Of a DNA stretch of 64,000 nucleotides, positions 1 to 9,315 are shown in pieces. The DNA lies in the IMG/VR virus record IMGVR_UViG_2740891882_000003, positions 13,141 through 77,140 of that record; one strand, given 5' to 3'. The number at the start of each line of letters is the position of its first letter. Within the stretch, counting starts at the first letter, position 1. A program made the position numbers and the translations under genes. The notes beneath the pieces are model-generated. The model was not told where the DNA came from. It saw nothing but the letters and a program-made list of their open reading frames with translations, and ran no database searches. Source of the stretch: a virus (lineage: Duplodnaviria > Caudoviricetes).

Positions 1-13
1 CCCGCACACCGAG

Positions 14-853
14 ATGGCGCCCGGCGAGACGTTCTTCCTCGGAGACATCCGCGACGAGACATCCGTCGTCGAACTCGCCGCGCACGTCGAGGGGGTCATC
101 CACCTGGCGGCCGTGCTGGGCACGCAGGAGACGATCGGGAACCCGCGCCCGTCGGCGGAGACGAACATCCGGGGCTCGCTCAACGTGTTCGAGGCGGCCA
201 ACCAGTACGGGCTCCCCGTCGTCTACGCGGGCGTCGGCAACGCGTTTATGAGGGATCTGGGCACCGGCTCGTACACCATCTCCAAGACGGCCGCCGAGGA
301 CTATGCGCGGATGTTCAACGCGTACCGCGGCGGCCGCATCACGATCGTGCGCCCCGTCAACGCCTACGGCCCTGGCCAGAGCGTGGCGGCCCCCTACGGC
401 ACGTCCAAGGTGCGCAAGATCGCGCCTTCGTTCGCGTGCCGCGCCCTCGCGGGAGCCGACATTGAGGTGTACGGGGACGGCACCCAGATCTCCGACTGCG
501 TGTACGTCGCCGACGTCGCCCGCGCGTTCGTCACCGCGCTGGAGCACACCGCCGTCAACGGGCCCACCGAACGGCCCGTCGAATGCGGGCCGCTGGACTC
601 CGTCACCGTCAACGACATCGCCCGCCTCGTCGCCGAAGAAGCCACCCGGTACACCGGCCGCGAACCCGTCGCCATCAAGCACCTGCCCATGCGGCCCGGC
701 GAAGTCCCCAACGCGGTGGTGAAGTCGGACACGTCCACGCTGCAGCAGATCGGCATGACCGCCGCCGACTTCGTGCCCCTCGACGAGGGCATCCACCACA
801 CCGTCCGCTACTACGCCGAGCAGTGGCTCCCCGGATATCTGGCGGCGGCCTGA
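14..853 (+). CDS. NAD-dependent epimerase/dehydratase (extended SDR), 5' truncated
   Basis: HLAA, YTISK (YxxxK) and GDGTQISDCVYVADVA motifs; frame is open back to the window start and the GxxGxxG motif is absent, so the true start is upstream. Confidence 0.9.
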   Translation: MAPGETFFLGDIRDETSVVELAAHVEGVIHLAAVLGTQETIGNPRPSAETNIRGSLNVFEAANQYGLPVVYAGVGNAFMRDLGTGSYTISKTAAEDYARMFNAYRGGRITIVRPVNAYGPGQSVAAPYGTSKVRKIAPSFACRALAGADIEVYGDGTQISDCVYVADVARAFVTALEHTAVNGPTERPVECGPLDSVTVNDIARLVAEEATRYTGREPVAIKHLPMRPGEVPNAVVKSDTSTLQQIGMTAADFVPLDEGIHHTVRYYAEQWLPGYLAAA

Positions 854-854
854 C

Positions 855-1850
855 GTGCGCGTCCATTTCTGGTCGGCTGACACGGCGGGCTCGTCCCTGT
901 ACCGGGCGATCCTGCCCGGGATGAGCCTGCAATGGCTCGGGCACAACGTGTCCGGCGGGATGCGGCTCCCCCAGGACTGGCCAGCCCTAGACGCGGTCGT
1001 CGGCTGCCGGGTAGCCAAGCGCGAGCCGTCCCTCATGTGGCACAAGCTGAAGGGCGAGGGGAAGCGGCTCATCCTCGACCTTGACGACGACTACTTCCAC
1101 ATCGACCCCAGCAACCAGGAAGCACGCCGCGTCTGGGATGTTGACATGCTCGGCAGGCTCGTCGCGAACATGCAGGTCGCCGACCTCGTCACCTGCTGCT
1201 CCGAGCCTCTCGCCGCCGTCCTCCGTGACTACGCGCCGGATGTGCGGGTCATCCCGAACGGGCTGCCGGCGCAGTACCTCGGCACCCCACGAGACTACGA
1301 GGCTGCGGGCCGGCCGCTGTCCGTCGGCTGGGCCGGCACCAGCAGCACGGTTGCCGAGCTTCCCGAGGCCGTGCGGTCGTTGAACCGGATCGCGCAGTAT
1401 CCGCGACCCGGCGGCGGGGTGCAGGTGCGGATCGTCGGCATCAGCCCCGAGCACGCGATGGCGCTGCGGCTGCGTGGCAGGCGGGTTGGTGCGTTGGGTT
1501 GGGTGGAGCGGTTCGAGCATTACATGCAGGCGGTCGGCGAGTGGGATGTGTGGGTGGCGCCGTACCGGGACACGGCGTTCAACCGGGCGAAGTTCCCGAC
1601 GAAATTCTTGGAATCGTCGATCCTGGGTATCCCATTGATCGCGTCCGATATCGAGCCGTATCGGCGTGTCATCAAACACGGGTGGAACGGATTCCTCGTC
1701 AAATACGAACACGAGTGGGGTAGACTTCTCAAAAGACTTGCTGACGATCCAGAGTTGCGGCAACAGATCGGCATGAACGCCAGATCCGACGCCTCTGGAA
1801 GAATCATGCAGGCGATCAATTTCCAGTGGGAAGAAGTGCTCACTCCATGA
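855..1850 (+). CDS. Glycosyltransferase, GT-B/GT4-like
   Basis: DLDDD, VGWAG and FNRAKFPTKFLESSILGIPLIASDIEPY...NGFLV. Confidence 0.85.
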   Translation: MRVHFWSADTAGSSLYRAILPGMSLQWLGHNVSGGMRLPQDWPALDAVVGCRVAKREPSLMWHKLKGEGKRLILDLDDDYFHIDPSNQEARRVWDVDMLGRLVANMQVADLVTCCSEPLAAVLRDYAPDVRVIPNGLPAQYLGTPRDYEAAGRPLSVGWAGTSSTVAELPEAVRSLNRIAQYPRPGGGVQVRIVGISPEHAMALRLRGRRVGALGWVERFEHYMQAVGEWDVWVAPYRDTAFNRAKFPTKFLESSILGIPLIASDIEPYRRVIKHGWNGFLVKYEHEWGRLLKRLADDPELRQQIGMNARSDASGRIMQAINFQWEEVLTP

Positions 1851-2386
1851 CCTGCATATTCGAATCGTGCGACGGTTCAGTGGTCGCACGCGGGCTCTGC
1901 AACCGCCACTACAAGGCAGTTCAAGCATCCGGCGAGCTGGAAAAGTACGCTACGACGCTACCGACCCCAGAGGCCAGGTTCCGGGCGAAGGTCGACATAG
2001 GCGGACCGGACGACTGCTGGCCCTATCAGGGGACACGAGACCGACGCGGATACGGTGTCATCTACTTCGAGGGCAAAAATCGCGGAACTCACCGCCTTGC
2101 CTTCTACTTCGCCAATGGACGCTGGCCTGAGCCTGAGTGCCTGCACTCTTGCGACAACCCCCCATGCTGCAATCCGGCGCATCTCTCCGAAGGAACCCAT
2201 GCGGAGAATATGCAAGGAGCTGTCGCACGTGGCCGCTACGCGACACAGAACCGGACGCATTGCCCGCACGGGCATGAGTACACGGAGGAAAACACCTACT
2301 ACAGCCCAGACAGGCCGACGCATCGGCTTTGCCGAACGTGTCGTCGAGAGGCGCGCCAGCGGTTCTATGCACAGAGGGGCGCCTGA
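1847..2386 (+). CDS. HNH endonuclease
   Basis: CLHSCDNPPCCNPAHL core plus C-terminal HCPHGHEYTEENTY..CRTC; ATGA overlap with previous stop. Confidence 0.9.
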   Translation: MTCIFESCDGSVVARGLCNRHYKAVQASGELEKYATTLPTPEARFRAKVDIGGPDDCWPYQGTRDRRGYGVIYFEGKNRGTHRLAFYFANGRWPEPECLHSCDNPPCCNPAHLSEGTHAENMQGAVARGRYATQNRTHCPHGHEYTEENTYYSPDRPTHRLCRTCRREARQRFYAQRGA

Positions 2387-2387
2387 G

Positions 2388-2741
2388 ATGTCGAGCCGTG
2401 GAGATGGCAGTGGCAGGGATGCGGAGGGGCGTAGGGCGATCCCTGTCGGCCCGACGGGCGATCAGGTCCGCAAGAACCTAGCCCGCCTGCGGGCGCTCCG
2501 TGGACTGACTACGCGCCGACTTTCCGAGGCGTGCGAGGGGCTGGGGCGCCCGATCCCACCAACTGGCATTACGCGCATCGAGAAGGGTGAGCGGCGGGTT
2601 GACGTCGACGACTTGATCGTCCTCGCCAAGGCTCTTCAAGTGCCGTATCAGCGGCTCATCGAATCACCTGCCGGGTGCGTGACCTGCGAGGGAGCGCCCC
2701 CTGTGGGTTTCACATGCAAGGAATGCGGGGCTGAGGGATGA
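2388..2741 (+). CDS. XRE HTH regulator with C-terminal CxxC..CxxC
   Basis: LRALRGLTTRRLS...ITRIEKGERRVDVDDL; CVTC..CKEC. Confidence 0.8.
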   Translation: MSSRGDGSGRDAEGRRAIPVGPTGDQVRKNLARLRALRGLTTRRLSEACEGLGRPIPPTGITRIEKGERRVDVDDLIVLAKALQVPYQRLIESPAGCVTCEGAPPVGFTCKECGAEG

Positions 2742-3043
2742 CTCAGGGAGTAGTCAGTGCAGAGGCGGGCGCGCGGATCAAGCGCGCCCGGAAGGGGCGC
2801 GGGCTCTCGGCCCAGGCTCTAGCTGATGCGATCACGGCTCGCGGGTACACAGTGCGCCGACCAACACTCGCGAAGATCGAGAACGGCATTCAGGAGACGA
2901 CGCCCGTTGACGTCGTCGTGCACGCAGCTCGGGTTCTCCAAGTGCCCGTGCTCACCCTTCTGGGTGATGGGCCATGGTGCGAGCACTGTAGTGACGCGCC
3001 GCCGCCCGGGTTCGCATGCACCCATTGCGGGGCCACAGCGTGA
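2738..3043 (+). CDS. XRE HTH regulator with C-terminal CxxC..CxxC
   Basis: RARKGRGLSAQALA...LAKIENG; CEHC..CTHC; ATGA overlap. Confidence 0.8.
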   Translation: MTQGVVSAEAGARIKRARKGRGLSAQALADAITARGYTVRRPTLAKIENGIQETTPVDVVVHAARVLQVPVLTLLGDGPWCEHCSDAPPPGFACTHCGATA

Positions 3044-3294
3044 CCAGCGAACTGTCCTGCTGCCAGGGCTTTCCGGAGCACACCTACGGCGAGGACTGCC
3101 TGCTCCACAGCAAGGAAGCATTCGATGTCGGCACCGATGAGGGGCGCAAGGCGCTCGCCCAGAAGATGGTGGACGACTGGCGCGAGAACGGCGGCGTACT
3201 GACGCCAGGCATGACATACATCCGCCTTGAACCCGGCGAGCACGTTCTCAGCCAGGAAGACGTCCACCGCCTCCTCGACGGGGAGGGGACATGA
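3040..3294 (+). CDS. Hypothetical protein
   Basis: GTGA and ATGA overlaps with neighbours. Confidence 0.6.
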   Translation: MTSELSCCQGFPEHTYGEDCLLHSKEAFDVGTDEGRKALAQKMVDDWRENGGVLTPGMTYIRLEPGEHVLSQEDVHRLLDGEGT

Positions 3295-3476
3295 CCGGGC
3301 CCGAGCACTACTGCGAAGGCGAGCGCCTTCTCGGCCGCTGCCTGGAGTTCGGGCACGGCGAGCAGCGGCAAGCCCTGGCCGCCGAAGCCCAAGGCCACTT
3401 CCTCGCCGCGCTCGTCGCCCTCCATGCGGCCGAGAAACAACCCGAATCCCTTCGATGGCAGGAGGCCACACAGTGA
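3291..3476 (+). CDS. Small helical protein (MTGPEHY family)
   Basis: RBS GGAGGGG; similar to 51590..51832. Confidence 0.65.
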   Translation: MTGPEHYCEGERLLGRCLEFGHGEQRQALAAEAQGHFLAALVALHAAEKQPESLRWQEATQ

Positions 3477-4339
3477 TCGATGGCAGAAGAGTGGTCGCCT
3501 GGACGCCCTACGGCCGGGTCCGGACCTACAGCATCCTGATCAAGTACCTGCAGCGGGATGTGGAGCGCGGCCTCGTCGATGAGGTGTGGGCGTTCATGAA
3601 CACCGACCCGGTCGGGCAGGAAGACGACGTCGCTTACGCGCACGAGCTCGACGAGGAGTACGACTGGTTCAAGCTCAAGCACCGCCCGGAGGGCATCAGC
3701 CTCGGGCACCTGCCGAAGCAGCGCTACACGGGCCTCGCCTACCGGTACATGACCGACCCCGAGACTGTGTACCTGCGGCTCGACGACGATGTGGTCTACC
3801 TGCACGACGATGCGGTCGAGAACCTGGTGCGAGCCCGCATCGAGATGCCCGCCCCGGTCGCCGTGTTCCCGATCATCATCAACAACGCGATCTGCTCCCA
3901 CTTCCTCCAGCTGTGCGGGAAGATCCCCACGGAGTGGGGCGAGGTCAAGCCGTACTGCATGGACCCCACCGGCTGGGCCAACGGGCCCTTCGCCGTCAAG
4001 CTCCACGAGATGCTCATGGATCACATCGAGGCCGGTACCGTCGAAGACCTGTACCTGTACCAGGACTTCCCCCTCCAGCCCGGCACCCAGTTCTCCGTGT
4101 CCTGCTTCGCGTCCCGCGGCGAGGACTATGCGGCGCTCCCCCAGCCCGGCGTTCTCGTTCCGGACGAGGAGGAGAGCTGGCACACGATCCACCAGCCGGT
4201 CGCCAAGGGCGTGCCGAACATCCTCCGCGGCAACGCCGTGGTCAGCCACTGGTCGTTCTTCCCGCAGCACCCGTTCCTCAACAACACGAACCTCCTGGAC
4301 CGGTACCGGGAGCTCGCAGACAAGGCGGTCGCCTCATGA
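3473..4339 (+). CDS. Putative GT-A fold glycosyltransferase
   Basis: RBS GGAGG, GTG start; YLRLDDDVVYL DxD motif; operon context. Confidence 0.65.
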   Translation: MIDGRRVVAWTPYGRVRTYSILIKYLQRDVERGLVDEVWAFMNTDPVGQEDDVAYAHELDEEYDWFKLKHRPEGISLGHLPKQRYTGLAYRYMTDPETVYLRLDDDVVYLHDDAVENLVRARIEMPAPVAVFPIIINNAICSHFLQLCGKIPTEWGEVKPYCMDPTGWANGPFAVKLHEMLMDHIEAGTVEDLYLYQDFPLQPGTQFSVSCFASRGEDYAALPQPGVLVPDEEESWHTIHQPVAKGVPNILRGNAVVSHWSFFPQHPFLNNTNLLDRYRELADKAVAS

Positions 4340-4587
4340 CACAGAACGTCAGCGTGGAGGCGGCACTCCCCGTCTTCCGGCAGCGGTGCGGCGAGCTCGC
4401 CGACGAGAACCTCATCCTGAGGGCGCGCGTCAACGAGCTGGAAGCTGAGAACGAGCACCTTCGCGCCGCCGTAGAGTCGAACCAACCGCCCGCACCGGGC
4501 CTAGGGGCGGCGCCAGCCGAGCAGGCTCCCTACAGCGATTACGCCAACCTCGATCAGCAGAATGACCTGGAACGTGTCCATGAGTGA
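4336..4587 (+). CDS. Small coiled-coil protein
   Basis: ATGA overlap; ELADENLILRARVNELEAENEHLR heptads. Confidence 0.65.
   Translation: MTQNVSVEAALPVFRQRCGELADENLILRARVNELEAENEHLRAAVESNQPPAPGLGAAPAEQAPYSDYANLDQQNDLERVHE
4501..4581 (-). CDS. 26-aa single-TM peptide MDTFQVILLIEVGVIAVGSLLGWRRP
   Basis: Translated by hand; AGGAGGG RBS 7 nt upstream; follows last tail-operon gene. Confidence 0.55.
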   Translation of the reverse strand: MDTFQVILLIEVGVIAVGSLLGWRRP

Positions 4588-4609
4588 TCCCTCCTAAGCT
4601 TTCGCTGGT

Positions 4610-4819
4610 TTACATCTGGGTGGTGGCGACGTTCATTTCGTACTTCGTCGCAGTGAGAACGGTGAGGTCGGCGCCGGCCGACAGCACTTCCTTGACGGCG
4701 TCGACGATGGCCTGCTGGTCGACGCCGTAGGCCTCCTCCTGAATCTGGACGTTGATGGTCGCGGTGGCGTCGTTGCCCTTGCGGGCGAAGATCTGGATGT
4801 ACGGGTAGTCGATGGCCAC
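4610..4819 (-). CDS. Small tail-associated hypothetical protein
   Basis: RBS GGAGG, GTG start (VAIDYPYIQ...). Confidence 0.7.
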   Translation of the reverse strand: MAIDYPYIQIFARKGNDATATINVQIQEEAYGVDQQAIVDAVKEVLSAGADLTVLTATKYEMNVATTQM

Positions 4820-4830
4820 GAGGGGCCTCC

Positions 4831-5850
4831 TTACGCTTCTCGGTACCAGCCCTGAATGGTGATCAGGGCGTTGGACAGGATGTCGACGCCCTGGATGTTG
4901 GACTCGTTGGATGTGCCGTTGTCGACGCGGAGCCGGTCCGAGGTGCCGCCAGTGCCGCCGGTGAAGAACACGCACTCGCCGCCGCGGATTGAGCTGGAGG
5001 CGCTTCCGTTGGCGCCGATCGTCTCGCCGTGCAGCGTCAACGCCTGCCGGGTGCTGCGGTCGACGTTGGATGGCATGTCGACAGAGACGAGGCTCGCGCC
5101 GGAGCCGGCCGCATTGCTGTTGAGGAAGATACAGACGAATACGATCTTCCCGAGCTTGTAGTAGTAGCCGGTGCGCGTCGTCCAGGTAACCGAGCCGCCG
5201 TTGGTGACGGTCGGCGTGTATGTCGACCAAGTGGTGGCGCCGACGGCAAGGTTTCCGGTCACAGTGCCGCTGCCGGCCACGCTCAGGTTGATGTCGACGG
5301 TGAGTGAGTCGTTGGTGCGTAGGACGTTCGCGCTGTCGCGGAACAGGTTGGTGTCTCGGGCGGCGTTGCCGGGGCCCAGTTCGAGTTTGCCGTCTGTGTA
5401 GATGCGGGACCGATCGAAAGTGTCGCCCGTGACGAGCGCGCTGTAGGCGACGTCGGTGGCGGCGGATCCGGTGCGCTGGTAGTTGGTGTTTGAGTTGAGA
5501 GATCCGCCCGCACTGCGGGTGAGGGTGGCGGCGCCGATGGACAGGCTGCTGCCGGTGGCGAGGGCGAGGTTGCCGCCGAACGTGCCGGAGCTGTTGGGGA
5601 TCTCCACCCACGACGCGGACGCCGGGCTGGTGCCGTTGGAGAAGTAGCTGCGGTAGCCGGTGTCGGATTCGGTGATCGGCTTGCCCGGGTACGGACTGCT
5701 CGGGCGCGTCGATGAGGTGACGATCTGGTAGCCGACCGCGGCGTCGATCTTGTCGAGGTTTTGACCGATGTCCTGGGTGTAGTTGACAAGCTCGGACCCG
5801 TCCGACTTGGACTTGTAGAGCGCGAGCCGAGTGGTAGACGGGTCAGGCAC
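4831..5850 (-). CDS. Minor tail / tail fibre (receptor-binding) protein
   Basis: G/S/T-rich; WSTYTPT and GYYYKLGKIVFV beta-rich C-terminus; distal position in tail operon. Confidence 0.75.
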   Translation of the reverse strand: MPDPSTTRLALYKSKSDGSELVNYTQDIGQNLDKIDAAVGYQIVTSSTRPSSPYPGKPITESDTGYRSYFSNGTSPASASWVEIPNSSGTFGGNLALATGSSLSIGAATLTRSAGGSLNSNTNYQRTGSAATDVAYSALVTGDTFDRSRIYTDGKLELGPGNAARDTNLFRDSANVLRTNDSLTVDINLSVAGSGTVTGNLAVGATTWSTYTPTVTNGGSVTWTTRTGYYYKLGKIVFVCIFLNSNAAGSGASLVSVDMPSNVDRSTRQALTLHGETIGANGSASSSIRGGECVFFTGGTGGTSDRLRVDNGTSNESNIQGVDILSNALITIQGWYREA

Positions 5851-6394
5851 GGGGAACCTCCAGCATCAACGACAGGGGGACAGACGGCACGGGCAGGTCC
5901 CCGTACAAGAGCTGCCAGCGGTGCACGTCCACGGCCTCACGCTTGGCGCGCAGCCCGGTTTCGGTGATGCCGTGTGCGGCTCGGATCGCATCGAGCGGAT
6001 CCTTGCCCTTTCCGGGCGGCTGGACGTGCGCGCGGGTCCGCTTGGCGTCGGCGATCCGCAGCCGGTGCGCGGCCAGCGCGTCAGCCGTCGAAGCCGCGTT
6101 GTACAGGGTGATCGGCTCGGCGTCCGATCGCGTCGAGGTCACCAGCCCAGCGCGGGCGGCTGCGTCATCCCGGTCCGGCTCGTCGGGCAGGTACGGCTCG
6201 TGGAGGACGATGTCGAGGATCTCGTCCACGTCGGTGAGCCCGTACTCGGCGGCCCGCCATTCCAGCGTCTCTGGCGGGAAGGCGTGTGCGTGGCCGCTGC
6301 CGTCCGGGGCGACTTTGTGCACGAGCCAGTGGAGCTCGCCGCGGCTGGCGCGTAGGGTCGTGAAGTCTGCGGTGTACACGATCGGCTCAGACAC
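5843..6394 (-). CDS. Tail-region hypothetical protein
   Basis: Overlaps both flanking tail genes. Confidence 0.65.
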   Translation of the reverse strand: MSEPIVYTADFTTLRASRGELHWLVHKVAPDGSGHAHAFPPETLEWRAAEYGLTDVDEILDIVLHEPYLPDEPDRDDAAARAGLVTSTRSDAEPITLYNAASTADALAAHRLRIADAKRTRAHVQPPGKGKDPLDAIRAAHGITETGLRAKREAVDVHRWQLLYGDLPVPSVPLSLMLEVPRA

Positions 6395-9311
6395 GGTAGC
6401 TCCACACGCTGATCGAAGGGGTTCCACTTGATGTGCCGACGGTGACGGTGAAGCCGCTCGTACTCGATGCGGTGATCTGCCAGGTCCGGAGCGTGGGGTG
6501 GCGCAAGGTCACCATGGGAACCATGGTCGATGCCATCGTGGAGCCGTAGCTGACGCTGAGAGCGGTGTCGCCGGATGCACCGAACGGCAGGTCAGCGGTC
6601 CATACCCCGTCCGTCGACGGTAGGGCCGAGAAGTTGTACCACTTGCCGCCGTATTCGATCCGGCCGTCGCTGTTGTGGAGCCAGTAGGTCTCATTGCTGC
6701 CGGACCCGAACCGGCCGCCCTTGGCGAAAGTATCCGCGGCAAGATATTGGGTGACCTGTGAGCCGGACGACTTGCCGGTGATGTTGATCTGGCCGCTGTC
6801 GGCGTAGAGGGTTCCGCCGTCGACACCTGCCCGGTTGTAGCCCGCGAAGAGGGCACCGGCTGCGGCCCACACGTAGCCGCCGTAGCGGGCCTGGTTGTCC
6901 GCGCGGATGACGGCGAGTTCGGCGTTTGCTGTGTTGAGGAAGGCGCGGGAGATGACTTGGGTTCCGCCGCCGTCGTCGTACTGCGAGCTGTTCATGCCGA
7001 GGTTGACGTCCGAGCCCGATGAGAACGCGTTGACGTAGCCGAAGTCGCTGCCGTTGTTGGCGTAGAAGCGGATCTCGGGCAGGAGCGTGCCGGTGGGGTT
7101 GATCTCCAGGCGTTTCCCGGTCGTGCCGGATTTGAGGGTGCCGATGATGGACACCGATCCGTCAGCTGCGGCGATGTTGACGGTCTGGGTGCCGTCGGCG
7201 CTGTAAGCGAGGAGGCCGGAGGACGACAGTTCGACGCGGGATCCGGTGTCGGCGGTCTTGATGCGCGCGGCGACCACCCAGTCGGCGTTGATCTGCCCGG
7301 CCGTGACCTTGGAGACGGTCAGGTCGCTGATGTGGGCGTCGTCGATGAGCAGGGCGGTCGCGGTGGCCGCGTCGCTGGGCCCGGACTTGTTGCCGGTCCT
7401 ATCGACTGCGACGACCCGCACGTACCGAGCGCTGGTCTCCTCGACCTGCACGGTGAACACCACAGGGATCTGCGCCTGCATCATGCCCGCGGTAGCGAGC
7501 GCCTTGCCCTTCAGTGTCGACGCGGTCGGCGTGAAGCCCGGCTCGTAGCTCACGTGGACTTCGAGGTGGTCGAGGTCCGACTCCAGGTTGAACGTGCCGC
7601 CGGACGACTTGCCGAGCTGGTGCGTGACCTGCACCGCGATCCGGGAGCCGGCCACGGAGGGCGCGGCCGGTGTGGACGGCGGGATGTTGTCGGTGGACGT
7701 CACGAACGTCGTCGTCCCGGACCAGGCGCCGGTGTTGCCGGTCTTGTCGACGGCGCGGATCTGCACGTCGTAGCCAATGCCCGGCGACAGGTCCTGTAGC
7801 TGGGCTGTGGTGGTGTCCCAGTTGACGACCATGGTCTGCCATTGGCCGTCGGGTGCGGCGAAGGGCTGCGCCCAGATCTGCAGGTCTTCCCAGCGGACTT
7901 CCGACACGGATGCCCACGTGGCGGGGTAGATCATGTCGGTGTCGACGGCCCACCGGATCTCGTAGTGGTCCCCGTCGAGGATCGTGGATCCGTCGACGTT
8001 GTTGGGGGCGTTCCAGTTGAGGATGACGCGGGCTTTGGTGAAGCCGCGGCTGTCGAGGTAGGCGACGCCGGTGAACGGTTCGATGAAGGTGGGCACATCG
8101 GGCACGGATGTGTCGGCGTTCGGCCTACTGCCGACCGGTTCGGTGCTGGTGTTGGTGAGCTGGCGGGAGAAGTCCCCGACGGTGACGGTACTGGTGTCGT
8201 CGGTCTCCCATTCGACGTACTGGGTGAGGTCGATCCATGCGCCGGCAGAGGTCCGGTACGCGACCGTGTACCCCTTGGTGATCGACCATTGGGTTTCTGT
8301 GACCTGCAGTTTGAGCGGGTTGAGGCGCTGCCCGCGGAACGTGATCTCCGTAGTGATGTCGATGAGGCCGGAGTCCGGGTCGTACACCCACACCCGGTCG
8401 CCCACGACGAAGCTGCCGTGGACGTCGTAGTCGGCGGTGCTGAGAGTGAGGGCGTTGCGGGTCGACGTGAACTGCGACAGGGCCAGCTGGGCGCGGGTGG
8501 CGGCGTTGGCGGTCGCTGTGTCCGACTCGGAGACGAGCCGCGTCAACTTGAGCGTGTTGCCGTGGAGATCCTTGTACGGGGTCGCCGGGGAGATGTCCGC
8601 CGCCCCGGTGGCAATGCTGGAGCCTTCGCCCTCGGCGAGGAGGACGACGCGGGTGCTGTAGTCCTCGACATCCCGGGTGACGTCCACGCTGCCGGGCAGG
8701 GCGCGCAGCGCCATGTCCTCGCCGGAGCCGGTGGGCAGGATGACGCAGGTCGGGTTCGTGACGAACAGGTTGCTGTCCGGGCCGGCGTCGAGGGTGGCGT
8801 TTCCGTTGACCCGCCACGACACTGGCACCGAGGTGGTCGACATGGTGTCGCACACGTAGGAGATCGCCGAGCGGGGTGACTCGTACTGGTGGTGGCCGGT
8901 GTACTGGCCGGAGACGCTGTAGATGGTGCCTGCGGTGACCGCGCCGGATGCGGGCAGGAGCATGTTGATGGCGGTGGCGAACGAGGCGCTGGCGGGTTCG
9001 ACGGCGTTCTCAAAGACATCGCCCTTGCCGTCCTCGTCGCCGAGCCAGAACGCCATGCCGACGCCGCCGACGGACAGGTCGTCTTGGGGGGCGTTGGTGC
9101 GGCCGTCGTCTCCGATGGTCTTGGTCCGGAGCACTCCGACGTAGCGGGCGGCGGTGAGGAGGTTGTCGCCGTACTGCAGCGGGTCGAGGCGGCCGGGGAT
9201 GATCGCGACGTGGCCAAAATAGTCGAGGGCATCGAGGACGTCGCGGGGTGTGCCGGGGAGGAGTTTGACCTCCCATGAGCCGAGGGCTTTGAGGACTTCC
9301 TGAACGGCCAC
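6387..9311 (-). CDS. Large minor tail protein with fibronectin-III-like domains
   Basis: 974 aa; LSPGIGYDVQIRAVDKTGN and YVRVVAVDRTGNKSGPS Fn3 signatures. Confidence 0.8.
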   Translation of the reverse strand: MAVQEVLKALGSWEVKLLPGTPRDVLDALDYFGHVAIIPGRLDPLQYGDNLLTAARYVGVLRTKTIGDDGRTNAPQDDLSVGGVGMAFWLGDEDGKGDVFENAVEPASASFATAINMLLPASGAVTAGTIYSVSGQYTGHHQYESPRSAISYVCDTMSTTSVPVSWRVNGNATLDAGPDSNLFVTNPTCVILPTGSGEDMALRALPGSVDVTRDVEDYSTRVVLLAEGEGSSIATGAADISPATPYKDLHGNTLKLTRLVSESDTATANAATRAQLALSQFTSTRNALTLSTADYDVHGSFVVGDRVWVYDPDSGLIDITTEITFRGQRLNPLKLQVTETQWSITKGYTVAYRTSAGAWIDLTQYVEWETDDTSTVTVGDFSRQLTNTSTEPVGSRPNADTSVPDVPTFIEPFTGVAYLDSRGFTKARVILNWNAPNNVDGSTILDGDHYEIRWAVDTDMIYPATWASVSEVRWEDLQIWAQPFAAPDGQWQTMVVNWDTTTAQLQDLSPGIGYDVQIRAVDKTGNTGAWSGTTTFVTSTDNIPPSTPAAPSVAGSRIAVQVTHQLGKSSGGTFNLESDLDHLEVHVSYEPGFTPTASTLKGKALATAGMMQAQIPVVFTVQVEETSARYVRVVAVDRTGNKSGPSDAATATALLIDDAHISDLTVSKVTAGQINADWVVAARIKTADTGSRVELSSSGLLAYSADGTQTVNIAAADGSVSIIGTLKSGTTGKRLEINPTGTLLPEIRFYANNGSDFGYVNAFSSGSDVNLGMNSSQYDDGGGTQVISRAFLNTANAELAVIRADNQARYGGYVWAAAGALFAGYNRAGVDGGTLYADSGQINITGKSSGSQVTQYLAADTFAKGGRFGSGSNETYWLHNSDGRIEYGGKWYNFSALPSTDGVWTADLPFGASGDTALSVSYGSTMASTMVPMVTLRHPTLRTWQITASSTSGFTVTVGTSSGTPSISVWSYRV

Positions 9312-9315
9312 CCCG

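Noticed and set aside
4831-9311. DGR or invertible tail-fibre system
   Set aside because: No reverse transcriptase, invertase or template/variable repeat pair seen
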